A DNA stretch of 64,000 nt. Source: Ginglymostoma cirratum (lineage: Eukaryota). The stretch covers positions 22,316,792-22,380,791 of the forward strand of contig JAHRHZ010000133.1 in NCBI GenBank assembly GCA_024137785.1, given 5' to 3'. The translations under genes were made by a program, and so were the position numbers. Shown here one piece after another: positions 39,330 to 52,720 of the stretch (position 1 is the stretch's first letter; each line of letters begins with the position of its first letter). Under the pieces are notes generated by a model. That model saw nothing but the letters and a program-made list of their open reading frames with translations, was not told where the DNA came from and ran no database searches.

Positions 39330-42300
39330 GTCAATCTCTTCAATTTCTCAGTAAATGCTGAAGTGATTTGTCTCAGCTACAGGGCTGATGGGGTCTGTAG
39401 AAAAAAAGAATCACGGTGAGATTGAAAGTCTAAAATAACGCCCCCTTTAGGATTTTTCAAATATTATCATTTAACCCTGCCTGAACTTGCACTTATCCAT
39501 AGACATTTCTTTTCAGAAGCTGACGTATTAACATAGTTTGATGAAACTGAGATGTAAATGTGCACATTAATTATCTTGATATCTGGTAGTGCTGTGTAAC
39601 TTCACCTTATTTGACTTCAGCAAGTGAAGAAGAAGCAAATTGAATAGTACACATCAGTCATAAAGGTAGTGAGTCAATGATGGCTCATTACGTCGCAGGT
39701 ATTCTTCTGCTCTAAAACCATGATTGTGAGCAGTTCACCTCAGATTAACGGCCAGCAAGCCTTTCAATTGTGAAGCCTACGTTTTTGTGACAATGCTTGA
39801 AACATAGAGGTAAGAGAATTTCATTTTGGAGAGAAACGTCTTATATAAACTGACACTTCAGGAGTATAGGTGCTTCCCGCATACAAGAAGTGACTTTGTT
39901 AGAACATATTTTATAGAACGTGCTTTCTTCTGTGTAATATAAAGCTGCTGTTGATTCTTTATTTTCAATATTAATTAAAACAAGTAAGGATTGGAAAGGA
40001 ATGGCTTCGAACCAGCATACTTGAAACATAACAAGAATGGAGAGAGTGCTGTACACTACTGATATTGTAAGACTCTGAAAACTTGATTCAGTGGCCTTAG
40101 GGACGAACCTGACACACCATCTCTACAACCAGTATCTTCTTTCATTTGCACTTCCTTGACAGTTAGGCTTTGTGGCTTTTGCCTTGGGATTTGGGAGCAG
40201 TCTGACTGGTCTGTTGTTTCAATCCAGTATTTTACCAGCAGGTACAAATTTAGCTCTGATCCCACTCCTACATTGAATGCTTGTATTTAATTCTGTGTTT
40301 GGCTCCTAAAACGAATGTTATAGTGCAAGAGTGAGCAGTGCTTGTGTGAAGAAATGTTGCATTAATTCTTACTTCTATAGTTGCATCTTTTAACTTGATT
40401 CCTAAAGATTATTACTTGTTTGTCTTACAGATATGTCCTTATGTAGATAGTACTTACAGAGACTCAGGCAAATTGAAATGGGTGTTTTAAATGAAGTTCG
40501 AGTAGGGACTGTTGGGCATGGGAATGATGTTGGGTGTTATTGATCAAACAATTATCACTTTACCCCTGTCTTGTATAAAATTGCCCTGTTGTTGTTGCTC
40601 AGCAAATAATAATTTTAAACTCTGCCAATGCACAGTGCAGGTTGCTTGCTGCCTACTATAATGACAGAGCAACAACTCTCTGTGGAGTCAATCAGTCCCA
40701 TAATTGAGATATTTTCCACTCTGCTCCTGATTCACTGCTCTTCTAAATGACACTTGCAGGAGTACTTGGAGGTCAGGCACTTCAGTTTATTGACCTGAGC
40801 TGGTGGTTTCAAGGATTTGTAAGGTAGGCTAGGCAGCTGAGTACAAAACCAAAACAAGTATTTTCTGCAAATATTAAAAACTATATTTTAAAAATGAAAA
40901 ATTTTATGTGTGCTGCTATTATGCGCAATGTTTGTTACGTAATGAATATCTGAAAACTTTGCAGGAAAGATTTTAAAAAAGATCCATCCCAAAAATTTTG
41001 ACTTCAGGATTTACTGCATTTTAAATCCATTAATATAATCTCTAATCCAATCAAGTTACTTATCACGACTGAATGAAAGTAGGGCATTGATTACATTTTG
41101 TATATATCATCATGGATGATTAATAGCAAACCATCTTAATCACATCAGATTTATCTTTAAAAGAAAGACATCCATTCACTCAATCAACCATCTTGCACTG
41201 AAATATATATCTATGCTGCACTCTGTAGACTACAAGCTAAAATGAAAGATGTGCGTGGTGACGTATTGTAATGGGGAATACTTCATTTTACTGCAGCAAT
41301 ATACATGTCAAGATAGCAAGTGACAATGTTTTTGGACTTGGGCTAATGGATCTACCCCTGGAAAGGGGTCTTCATTCTGATTTGCTTTATGGATCCTGAG
41401 AGATTTTCGTCTGACTGGCAGACAGACAAATACAAAGTAACCTTTTTAATCCGTATTCTTCAGGTCTTATGGCTTTAATAAATAAAAAAAAAGGAAAAAT
41501 GTTCTTGACTGTGAATAAGGCTTTAGAGGTCAGCAGAAAAATGAAGTGCACTTCAGGCAAGATTTGCCATTGGGGAAGGATGGATTTTTTTTCTTGGTAT
41601 GGAAATGGGTAGTGTGTATGCAGGTTGGACGAGTTGGTTGCCACAATAAGGCTCCTTTCATACAGGTGTGTTTACGCCCCAGGCGTGTTGGCCACAGTCC
41701 ATTCAATGTACAGAAGTTAAATTGAACAATAACAACTGAATCTCGAAAGGTGAGCATCAGAAGAGATGCCTGAGAGCTGTCTCCAAGCCAACGAAAGCCT
41801 GTTGCAGTTGTCAGAGCTTGTTGATGTTGCAGTGAACAGAGCAGTTTTGCACCAGATTTTGTGGTTCTGCCTTAGGAAAGAAAGTAAAATGGAACAGAAG
41901 AACAAAGTCCTGGTACATAAATCAGCAGTTGCTCTTTGCCAGATCAAAGGAGTGACATTCTTGCTCCTGGTCTGCTTGTCCACTTCAGGTGGTTGATGGA
42001 CAGCTAACAGCTGGCCCTCAGTCGTTGATAACTGAACCATGTTTCCTTTTGTGGAATTAATAAGGAAATCTATCATAATTGAAATAGAAAAAGTCAAAGG
42101 AAAATTGAAGGTATTAAATTATGTGAGGACCTTTACTTTAAGCCCAAATCTGGAAGAACTAATTTTCCTCATCTTGTTAATTATGACCAGATTACATCAA
42201 AACTTTATCTGTCAACTTGCGCTTCTTTTGTTATTAAGTCATCATATAAATGTTGTCACGTCAAGTTCACTTCTGGAATGAACAAGAATGTTCAGGTGTT

Positions 42301-45300
42301 AAGGTTTAAATTATTTTGTCTTTGCTGACTTGTCAGCGGAGTCCTACACTTTCCCCTTCAATGATCGTTTAATTTGTTGTTTTCTCTACAACTGTAATTA
42401 TGATGTCTCAACCATGGATATCTATGGTAAGATTTTAAAAATACAAACTTGCCCACACAAAACGTTATCTTTAAATGCAAATCAGCTAAACCAGCTCAGA
42501 CAATTCTGCAATCATTTTTATCTGACTAAAGGGAAAGGTTTGCTGGATCAAATTACAATTTGCCTTAAATGCTGTATTTGCAGTTTTCAAATATATTGTT
42601 TATTTTGAAAACTTATAAATAATTAACACAAAAAGCTGAGGCAACCATTTAATTAACTGAATTGCAGCAGTGTTGTACTTGATATTATTTTTATTACATT
42701 AAATCGAGTAGTTTTTGGAGCACAAAATGTTTATTAAATATGATCCTGATTGATGTATTAGAACTGTAATCATCTACGAATTAAAATGCAACTAAATTAA
42801 AAATCGTTAGATAATAAATTTCAAACGATGTTGAAATTAAGTAATACATTTAATTAAAATATCAATGAAGTAACACTTTTTTTTAAAGAAAGGCAGGAAC
42901 GTTCATAAAGCAAGGTGCATAAAGTAGATTTATTTGGTTCGTGAATATTACTTCTGGGAGGTTGAAATTTAGTTTATGAATGATTTGCTATACTTGAATA
43001 TGAAGATGACAAGTATATAGCTTCCATGCAAATGAGCCACAGTTGATGAATTGTACAGTTTATAAAAATTAATGTATGTTGACAAATTTCTGTTCATACA
43101 GGACATTATTGCTATTGTTTGCAAAAAGTGGCTGCATCAAACGTATGAAATGTCAAACATAGATCACGAGTTAAAGTTGTCCAACTTCCAAATTCCATGA
43201 CAACATTACACCACTCAAAAATACAGAAGGGCAGAATTTCTTCCCCCCTGCTGCAGCTGTCAGTTTGCACCCATCCCATCCCAAATCCGAGGGATGAAGT
43301 TTTTGAATAATCCCCAGGGGTACCCTTCTCTGTTGTAGTATAACAGAGAAGCCTGACATGTGCAACAGTTATCCTGTGGCTTACCAATTCCATTTCTAAG
43401 AATAGTATTAGAGCATTGACAATTAAATTCTGTGGGGAAGGGGCCTTCGTTAAATTCAGAACACACCAGCTCTCAACCCCACAGGCATAGAATGGCCAGA
43501 GAACACCCTAATACATGCCTTCTAAAGGTACTGGCAAGATTTAACTCTGGCAGTCCTAACAACCTGAAGCACACACCACTATATATGCATTCCCACTGTC
43601 ATCCCCCCCCCACCTGTGAAATTTGCTTTTAATTTGTAAAAGAAGCAGAAATTCAGTGGATTCGGATTCAACCCATTTTCCAATCCCTGACAGTGTTACA
43701 TTGAATATTGAAGCCACTGACTCACAAAGGAGTATGATCTATGTATGTTGAGTTCACACTGGCACCTCATCCAAGCAACCATTATTCATGAATGGGCTCA
43801 TTCAATATGAAGGGTAACATGGCTGTACCTAATCCAGTCCTCAGCTGGCATTTTCATCTGTACTCACTGGATGACACTCTGAAATACAAACTCTAGCTAT
43901 CTTGCTGATTAAATACTTTCGTATCATACAATGCAATTAGATCACCCACTGAGCTACCAAGGCTTGTTCTTAGTGCAATATGATTTTGCAATGTGTTCTA
44001 AATGTGATGGAATCAAACAGTATTTGAAGTTAGTGCTTCTACACTGTTATATCTTACTGTTAACAGTTACTGTATTTGTACTCTGCCTTCATTTATTCAT
44101 TCACATCGTTCTAACTGCATACTGTACTTCTTCAATTACAATCAGAATATTGACTATGAAATGATAAAGTGAACATTAATCAACAGCCCATATCAAATTC
44201 ACATGTTTTTACTAACTAACATCACATACTCAAACAAACTTTTATTTCACGTTCTTAATGAAGGAACATTGGTGATTGCTTAAGGCATTGAATAAATAAA
44301 ACTCCCTGTTGATCCTATTTAATTTAATGTTTATATTTGTAACTGTAAATTTATACACTGTAAAATTAGATTATTAAAATGTCTTATTGTAGAGGCAGTA
44401 TAGTTGTTCTACAATACAGTGTATTCATGTTGAATTTTCCATTTTTCTGATGATGTTTAAATTCTTTAAATACTTCCATGAAAATATCACAATTTTGGGG
44501 GTATTTTTAACTGTTTTTCTAATGTGATTCCAAAATATAAATTTATTTTTAACAATCAAGTACTGTTTATAGGTTGTTGAAGTGTCAGGGCTCACAGCAC
44601 ATTCTCACATGTAGAAAAGACAAAAACATTGCTTAATTGTAGATTTGCACAAAAGATGAATTACTGTATTAGTACATAGAAGGAACAAGTTTGGACGTGA
44701 TCAAGATATGCTAGTCATCTTCATTTCTGGCTTAACATTTGCATTGGGTATATTTTTAAACTTGCATTTATATAGCACCTTTTCACATCTCTTGGGATGG
44801 CCCAAAGTGCTGTACCCAAAATGGATTATTCTGAAGTGCAGCCACTGTTCCATGACTGGTAAATGAAGGATAAATCATTGGAGACATTTGGGCCCTTGCC
44901 AGATTCTGACTCATGCACTGCACACAAGATGCCCTCACAAAGTATACTCACTGTCATTTTCTTGTGTTATCAGTGTACTTCATGTTGCGCCCACGAATCT
45001 TAAGTGACCATTTAAAGCAACTTGCATTATGAAAATAGTGACTGTGAGCAACTTGATAATAGATAATGGTCCTTGGCTGTAATTTGGTCCACCCAGTGCC
45101 TCAAATTCTGCATTAGGGGATTCCATGAGATGATAATTAGTGCACAAGATCCTTCTGAAGGGAAACTCGAAGCTTGCCACTTTACTCAGTAGGCATTACA
45201 CTTAGCAAGGGAGATAAGTCATCATACAGTCACAAGAGCAGAAAATATCCACTATCTCTAGGATCAGGTTCTTACACTAAGAAAAAGTGTACAGCAGAAG

Positions 45301-45940
45301 TCAGATTTGCTGCTCCGTAGATCTGTTAAAGTGTGATACAGTCCTGATTATTGGAGGTAACAGCAGGTTTTTTTTAAAAGAATGGATTCTTAGGATGTGG
45401 GTTTGCTGGCAAGATTGGCATTATTGTCTGTTACTGGCCCCACAGCGGTAAATGTCATGAACAATATGGTTAATTCTGTGAACAAATACTACCATAGGGA
45501 TAAGGTCTTTGGCAGTTTATAGTTGTGTTACAGCGACCCAGCACGGATCCAGAATTTGTGAAAGGATGCAAACCTCTTGCTTAAAATGTGAATGTGAACA
45601 ATATTGTAACAAGTCTGAAAGATGCCATGTGAACATACATCAAAAATAAGTCACCAATACAAAATTGCTTTTTTACAACCATAACGACCATTTTTCACTA
45701 TTGACAAAATAAAATCATTCTTCAAAACCCCTTTAGCCAGAAAAAATTTTTAATGACTCCTGGGATTTCTGCTGAATGGGTGAACGTTCCTCTTGGGGGA
45801 TTTGGCATAAAGTGTTGGAACAAATTAAATTATGGTCTGTTCAAGGGTTCATATGGAATTCAACAAAACCATGCTGATGATGTCTACTATTGGTAGCAAA
45901 ATTGAATCTGCCTTGGCAACTAACAGGAATACAAACCAAA

Positions 45941-46278
45941 GGCATCATGGTAGCTCAATGGTTAGCACTGCTGCCTCACAGCACCAGGACCTGAGTTCAG
46001 TTCCATCCTTGGATGACTGTCTGTGTGGAATTTGATATTCTCCCAGTGTCTGCTTAGGTTTCCTCTGGGTACTCCGTTTCCTCCTACAGTCCAAATATGT
46101 GCAGGTTAGGTGAATTGGCCATGCTAAATTGCCCCATAGTGCCCATGGATGTGCAGGCTAGGTGGATTAGCCAAGGGAAATGCAGGGTTACAGGGCTTAG
46201 GTCTGGGTGGGATGATCTTTGGAGGATCAGTGTGGATTTGATGGGCTGAATTGCCTGCTTTCACACTGTAGGTATCCT
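45941..46278 (+). mobile_element. HE1-type V-SINE
   Basis: Homologous to 3205-3521 (head, V-domain and tail). Confidence 0.85.
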
Positions 46279-46562
46279 GTGAAAACATTCTGATAGCTCG
46301 GACCAAAATGTATGATAAGGGTGGCTTTTAAGAGATGGATCCACCAGAAAGTTGTAATCCTTGTTCATTGATTTTATATTGAGATAGATGCAGTAATGAC
46401 GAGAAGTTCTGTTGTCCCAGGATTCCTCATTTAATTTATCTTTGCATTTTCCAGCTGCAGCTTCCCAATAAATTCTCTTTCGGTGAGAGAAAGAATTTGA
46501 AATTGGTTAAAACAATGCACAGATTTTGAAACATAAAGATGAACCAGGACTACTCTCACTCA

Positions 46563-46776
46563 CTGAGATAACAAGGTGTAGAGCTGGATGAACACAGCAG
46601 GCCAAGCAGCATCAGAGGTGCAGGAAGGCTGACGTTTCAGGCCTAGTTTTCTGAAGAAGGGTCTAGGCCCGAAACGTCAGCCTTCCTGCTCCTCTGATGC
46701 TGCTTGGCCTGCTGTGTTCATCCAGCTCTACACCTTGTTATCTCAGATTCTCCAGCATCTGCAGTTCCTACTATCC
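46563..46776 (+). mobile_element. Fold-back Penelope-like element (copy C): 84-bp arms, hammerhead core, 17-bp TSD
   Basis: Arms 46563-46646 and 46663-46746 (2 mismatches); TSD ctactctcactcactga at 46550-46566 and 46777-46793. Confidence 0.85.
46651..46678 (+). ncRNA. Minimal type-I hammerhead ribozyme core candidate
   Basis: CTGAAGA-a-gggt(ctag)gccc-GAAA-c-GTC; palindromic ACGT helix III; helix I weak. Confidence 0.55.
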
Positions 46777-46959
46777 CTACTCTCACTCACTGACTGATTA
46801 TACACAATTTCAGGGACGCTGTTTTCAAGCATATCACCAGATTTTAAACGCAGAGACTAGGAAGAGAATTCAATTGAGTGGAAGGCGTAATTTCTATACA
46901 ACTGTTTTGTATGATGCACAGCCGCCAATTATTAAAATCAGATATACCAAAGGCCAGAA

Positions 46960-47240
46960 ATAGTGGTGTGTTGAGATCTCAAAAGCTTTTAAGGCTGAAG
47001 GAGATTACAGCGATACAGCTGGGCAAGACCATGGAAGGATTTGAAACAGGATGAAAATATTTAACCTGGGCCCTGCTGGATTGTGATCCAATGTAGATCA
47101 GTGAGTACGGAGAATAGGACTTGGTGCAAAGTCAGACACAAACAGCTAAGTTTGAATGATCTGAAGTTTATGTGGGGTGGAAGATGGGAAATTGGCAGGA
47201 GAGCTCTTGAATAGTAATGCCTAGTGGTAACAAGGGTAGC
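46960..47240 (-). mobile_element. L2-like LINE 3' fragment
   Basis: Minus ORF 47061-47249 ..VLTDLHW.. resembles the L2 PVL.xLHWL motif. Confidence 0.5.
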
Positions 47241-47519
47241 AAAAAGCATGTTGGCAACTGATGAACTAATACGGGGTAGATATTAAGGGAAGTATGGGTG
47301 AAAATTTTTGAGATTTTGGCCACAATATGTGGATCTTCTTTAGATACAGGCACAGTTTCAAAAAGCTGAAGATTAGCAAATGTTACAGTCTTGTTCAAAA
47401 GAATTCAAGGATAAACCTAATGATCACAAGCCCATTTGTTTAACCTTCATGATGGGAAAGTTATTAGAAAAATAATCTGGGACAAAATTAACAGACACTG
47501 CCCTGTGGAATTGTTCGCC

Positions 47520-47885
47520 TTAGTGGTAATATTACTGGGCTAGTACTTCAGAGGTCCAGGCTAATACTCTAGGGTTATAAGTTCAAATCCCACGATGGCA
47601 GCTGACAGAATTTAAATCATTTAATCAATCAAGAATTTGAAGCTAGTGTCAGAAATAGTAACTATCACTGATTGTTAAAAAGACCCATTTGGTTCACTAA
47701 TAATTTTTTTTAGGGAAGAAAATTTGCTTTCTTATCTGGACTAGACTATATGTGACTCCAGACCACAGAAACATGATTGGCTCTTAATTGCCATTTGAAA
47801 TAGTCTAACAAGTCACTCAAATTAAAAGCATTTAGGGAGAGGGGAATAAACACTGGCCTTGCAAATGGCATCCACTTCCCATGAT
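47520..47885 (+). mobile_element. tRNA-derived SINE with a CR1-like tail
   Basis: tagtggtaat A-box, gttcaaatccc B-box, tail similar to 10805-10870. Confidence 0.65.
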
Positions 47886-47974
47886 GGCAGGGCAAGCTGA
47901 GTGGACAGTTAGAAGACATAATGAATTCTGAACTTTTTAAATAGAGGCGTAGAGTCCTAAAGTAAATTATAGTG

Positions 47975-48065
47975 CATAAAACAAAGTACTGCAGAAGCTG
48001 GAGATCTGAAATAAAAACAGAAACTGCTGGAGAAGCTCAGCAATCTGGTAGCATCTTGTGGAGGG
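47975..48065 (-). mobile_element. Older relative of the Penelope-like element tail
   Basis: actgcagaagctggagatctgaaataa...agcatc is a diverged reverse complement of the copy A-E tail. Confidence 0.5.
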
Positions 48066-48139
48066 ATGCTGCAAGATCTGCTAAGTTTCTCTAGTTCTTT
48101 TCTGAAGTTATAGTGAATCATTTTACAAAATAATGGTTC

Positions 48140-48730
48140 GACCACAAGTGGAGTATTGTGCCCCTTTATGAGCAGTACACATTTTAGGAAGGATGTGAAT
48201 GCATTAGTGACGGGGTGGAAAAGATTGACAAGAATGATTTTGGCTATGGGAGACTTCAGCCAGACTGGAGAAATTGGGATCCTTTTTGGAGAATGTTGAG
48301 ATCTGACAGAGTAGTTCAGTCAAAACTATTTCTGTTGGAGCAGATTTGAGTATCAGAGAACATTTATTTCAGAAGAGTAGCCAAATAAAGGAAAACTTTT
48401 TTTTATAGTGTAAGACATTAATATTTGGAATTCACTGCCTGAGCGTGTAGAGGAGGTAGGTTCAGTTGTGGCTTTCAAAAGGGAATTGGATACTTATCTG
48501 AAGATGAAAGAATTGCAGGGTTATGGAGAAACCAAGGGGGATTGGGACTAGCTGATAGAGCCAGTGTGGATAAAACATGCCAAATGGCCTTCCTTCAGTC
48601 ATTCTAGGAGGAAGTAGGCTGTGGATCAAGCGCTGGAAAATGGGAATAGAAATAGTTAGGTGATGGTTTTTGACCAGCACAGATATGATGGGCTGAAAGG
48701 CTTTTTTCTGTGCTGTGGAGCTGTATAACT
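48140..48730 (+). mobile_element. Degraded CR1 fragments
   Basis: gagtattgtg, ttttaggaaggatgtg, tggaattcactgcct and gatgggctgaa motifs. Confidence 0.6.
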
Positions 48731-49511
48731 CCAGGTGGCTTTGATGTTGGAGAAGATGTGAGATCACAAATTCATTTCAATCAGGAATACAACATGGTTG
48801 AAAACAGTTTTCAACCTAAAACTCAATTCAATATATTAATCTAATGAACCTAGATATTCAATTTCTGGATAAGAGTGGAAACCCTATCTATTGATGCACC
48901 CTTAACCTATTTCAGCATTCTTTAGGCAGTCACCTGCAACATGGCTAGTGCAATGGGCGAGAGAGGTGTGGTATTACTGCAACACATAGCCAAAGCTTTA
49001 ATTGTTACTTCATCACTGGCAGTTGGTCACTCTGTCATCAGCTGACATGGGGGAAATTAATAGGCCACACGTGCACCAAGCATGGGTGCAGACTTCCCGT
49101 TACACCTGTTTCATGAATTGCACTGAGTTGACAGTGACAGAAATAGTGAGATTTCCAGGAGGTGCTATTGTTCCTTTAGTTCAGCTTTTGACTGTGAGAT
49201 CTGCTTCGATTCACACCAGATACAAAATAAAAACACTTCTGTTTGCAGTGGAAATAAAATCATGAGGTAAGAGCCCAGGTCAGTTGCTGTCTAGATTCCA
49301 TTACTGCCCAATAATGGTAGGTGGCAATGTCACCCCTTCAGTCCTGAGATATTCACCCCAATTATGTTTTTATATCAGATGGAAGAAGCATAATAATTAT
49401 TGTAATCTCAGTAAACATGAGTAAAGAAGTTAATAATCAAGACACTTCTGTAAAGCTAGTGATTACAGTTGCAAATTTCAATACCATTAAAATGCAGTCA
49501 AAGTTTACTTT

Positions 49512-49655
49512 TCAGATTTTTTCTGTTGAAGGGTCTAGGCCCGAAACATCAAGCTTTCCTGCTCCTATGATGCTGCTTGGCCTGCTGTGTTCATCCAGCT
49601 CCACACCTTGTTATCTCGGATTCTCCAGCATCTGCAGTTCCTATTATCTCTGATA
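49512..49655 (+). mobile_element. Penelope-like element (copy D, no inverted arm); 13-bp TSD caaagtttacttt
   Basis: TSD at 49499-49511 and 49656-49668; core reads CTGTTGA..GAAACATC. Confidence 0.8.
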
Positions 49656-50304
49656 CAAAGTTTACTTTAAAGCTGGATTGATATTCTGCAACTTTGCAAA
49701 ATATTATCTTGGAGTATAAGGAAAGTTTCGCTGACTATCAGTTACTACCTGTACCCTAATCCCTTGGAGTATTGGGTAGAGGTCAGGCAGATTCTCCACA
49801 CTTTTTGAAGGGAACAGATTTATTTGATTGCATGGACTTTACCCTTCCTACATTGTACGCACTTGGGTTCTGAAAGAAGTAAAGGCATGCAATTTTGTCA
49901 ACCTCAGATTCTAGCCAAATGGATAACTTCTTTTTCGTTAAGGCGGATGTTACTTTGATAAATGCACAAGATGTGAGAGCAGAACAAAAAGAGGATCATT
50001 TATGTTTTATCATGATCTCCATAGAGACCAATAACTTTAAAAAAAAATTCTAACTTGCAGTTAATAGCAGAAACTTTGACATGGCAAGATTTCACTTTTC
50101 AAGACTTCTGATGTGACAAATGACAAAGTACTATTGATTATCTTTGGAGGCACTTTCTACTTTAAACCACAGAACTTTTTTTTTAGCAAAACCAAAGAAA
50201 CATGCTTCACAAGTATACAATATATTGTCCTTTTAAGTAGACAGACTATTCATTCAACTCACCTGAAACCAGTCCAAAGTGATTCCCAACTTCTAAGGGA
50301 ATAC

Positions 50305-50467
50305 GAGATAACAAGGTGTAGAGCTGGATGAACACAGCAGGCCAAGCAGCATCATAGGAGCAGGAAAGCTTGGCGTTTCGGGCCTAGACCCTTCATCAGG
50401 CCTGCTGTGTTCATCCAGCTCTACATCTTGTTATCTTGGATTCTTCAGCATCTGCAGTTCCTATTAT
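50305..50467 (+). mobile_element. Fold-back Penelope-like element (copy E); 14-bp TSD ttctaagggaatac
   Basis: TSD at 50291-50304 and 50468-50481; the inverted arm carries minus-strand CTGATGA..GAAACGCC at 50372-50399. Confidence 0.85.
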
Positions 50468-52703
50468 TTCTAAGGGAATACTTCTGCTTTTCTTGTTTCT
50501 CATTTGGTAAGTTTAAACCCCAGAACTGACCTTCATGATGAGAGGATGCCTGGAGTCCCTCACTCGAAACTAGAGCCCAAGCTAGGGAAGTCGCACAACC
50601 TTGTTTTACCTCTTCATGAATTTGGCCTTTATCAACCTGAGCATGGGTTCCCACCCACCTTTTGGTCTGGTGAACCACAGAGACTTTTGGGTCTCTTCCA
50701 GGGTATCCTGGACCTTAGAAGACTAACTGGTTCTTCAATTTTATGGGATATTTTTGAAACCTGCCCTCTGAAAACCCCATTCCCTTGGCAACCTGCATCG
50801 TGTGACCCTTGTATCCAGCCAGAAATGCTGATTAGTTATCCTTACAAGCCCAACTCTCCTCCATCTTGGGAATAAATAGACAGTTTAAGGTGCAACTGTT
50901 TACAATCTGAACTTCTCAATGCTTTGCTCGGACTATGGAGAATCTCAGTATGTCTCCAAGTGTAAATGCTTCCCAGTAACACATCGCAGGCCTTCCTTTA
51001 ATTTTTAGTGCCTCATCAGGCAAACTTCAGTACAGGTCACGTGCCTGCATTAATCTTACCCTATATTTAAAGACAAAAGTGCAAAACATCATAATTATAC
51101 AAATCTCATAATTGTAACTTTGTGAAGAAGTACAATGAAATTGCTTCTAATTGCTGTATATTCCCCAGGCCAAGGTAGAGAGAATGAGTTATTGTATTAT
51201 TTATTAATATTTGTTACAAAAACAGATAGAAATCTGACTTTTATTTGCAAGGTAGTAATAAATTTCTGAATTCTGCCTGTTCAGCAATTTTTTTCCCTTT
51301 GTTTCACGAGCAGGAAACATAAAATCCATATTTTATATTTCTGCACACAACCCTATGCTACCCAGGTCAGAATACTTAAAGAGAGGCTGTTTGGGAGTGT
51401 TGTGGCATGGGAAAAGGAAGTTAGATGGTGCAAGACAAAAAAGAATCTCTTAAAGGGATGGACATGTCTTTTGGTTTTCTGTTAGATGCTGAAAAAGATT
51501 ACACATCTGTATAGAACAATCAATTCTGTTCATCTTATTAACCTCAATCAGCTCATCCTTAGCTAGGTCCATGCTGATCTAAATTGTAGAATCCTAGCTG
51601 TTTCAGCTATACCTGATAACTAAGATGCTTAGTTCAACCATCCCTCTAAACTACACTGGAAAGTCATGGTGGGATTTAATGATAGCAGGCTAATAGGGCC
51701 ATTGGTTTATCTGGATGTAGCAAATCATAGAAAATCAGAGGGCAGGAGCACCCTTTCTGAATGGAGGTTCCTTTGCAGGCAGAGCTCTTCCTAATCAGTA
51801 TTCCTGTGTCCAAGTGATCCAACAGCCCCCAGGCAGGAATAGGAAAATCAGGCCAGTAAGTTTACAGGAGCTTGTAGTAGCTGGATTGGTCATACGTTTT
51901 CTCGAGGCTAAACAATTAATTACATGCTCCTTTAGCTTGAACTCTATTTGTAACAACTGCTTTCGTGGAAGATTCAGTGGTGGATATTAATTCTTGTTGC
52001 TCACTTAAGCTTCAAACATTTATATTTCTGCGTAGGAGAAATCAAATCATACTGGCCCGCCAAAACATAAGGAAAATTCTGCTTTTCATACAAACGCAGT
52101 TTACTATATTAAGATATTAACATTCATCAGCCTGTTCCTATTAAGGCTTTCTATCTGTGACAGGACCTAATAGACATGTCTTTCAGTTTAGGGGGTATAA
52201 CCCAGTTTATCAGTTACAAGATTCCACAAACCGGTTAAGCAACTAGTTTTAGAGGATAGTTTTGCTTAAGTTGAAATGACAATCAAACTTGGGCTGTGTT
52301 CCAGATGAGTACAAATTGACATTAAGATTTCAAAGGGCCAGAATGCTAAAAATAGAAGTTGCCAGGTGTGGCGCTGAATTAGTAAAGTCGAAAACAGGGT
52401 GGTATGAATTACAGAAAAAGAGGTTCCATAACCCTTCAACATTGATGCAAGGGAAAGTCAACCTTACATAGGCACCACAAAACTGTTTTTCTTAAAGGTA
52501 ACTGCAGTGGAATTATTATAATTATTGTAACGATCGGTTAGTGAGTGCATTAAACGAAAGTGTATTAAGCTTTCCGAATTACTTAGTTGAAAGTTAGACA
52601 CTTCTATTTGGTTAGCATTTTAAACATTTCTTTTTAAATCTCCGCATGTTAAATGAACCACTGTTGCTACTAACGTAAACATTCTGATGAGTATCCAAAG
52701 ATA

Positions 52704-52720
52704 TGACCTCAATGTGACCC
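52704..52720 (-). promoter_or_regulatory. Perfect DR5 retinoic acid response element GGGTCA-cattg-AGGTCA
   Basis: Plus strand TGACCT caatg TGACCC; a further imperfect half-site (taacct 52723-52728) lies at DR2 spacing. Confidence 0.6.

Noticed and set aside
45941-46010. tRNA-like A/B box sequences (also 3450-3521, 33576, 47520)
   Set aside because: SINE heads, not tRNA genes; no intact cloverleaf
46697-46963. Recurrent peptide MLLGLLCSSSSTPCYL (also at 49417-49653 and 11069)
   Set aside because: Translation of the repeated element tail, not a gene family
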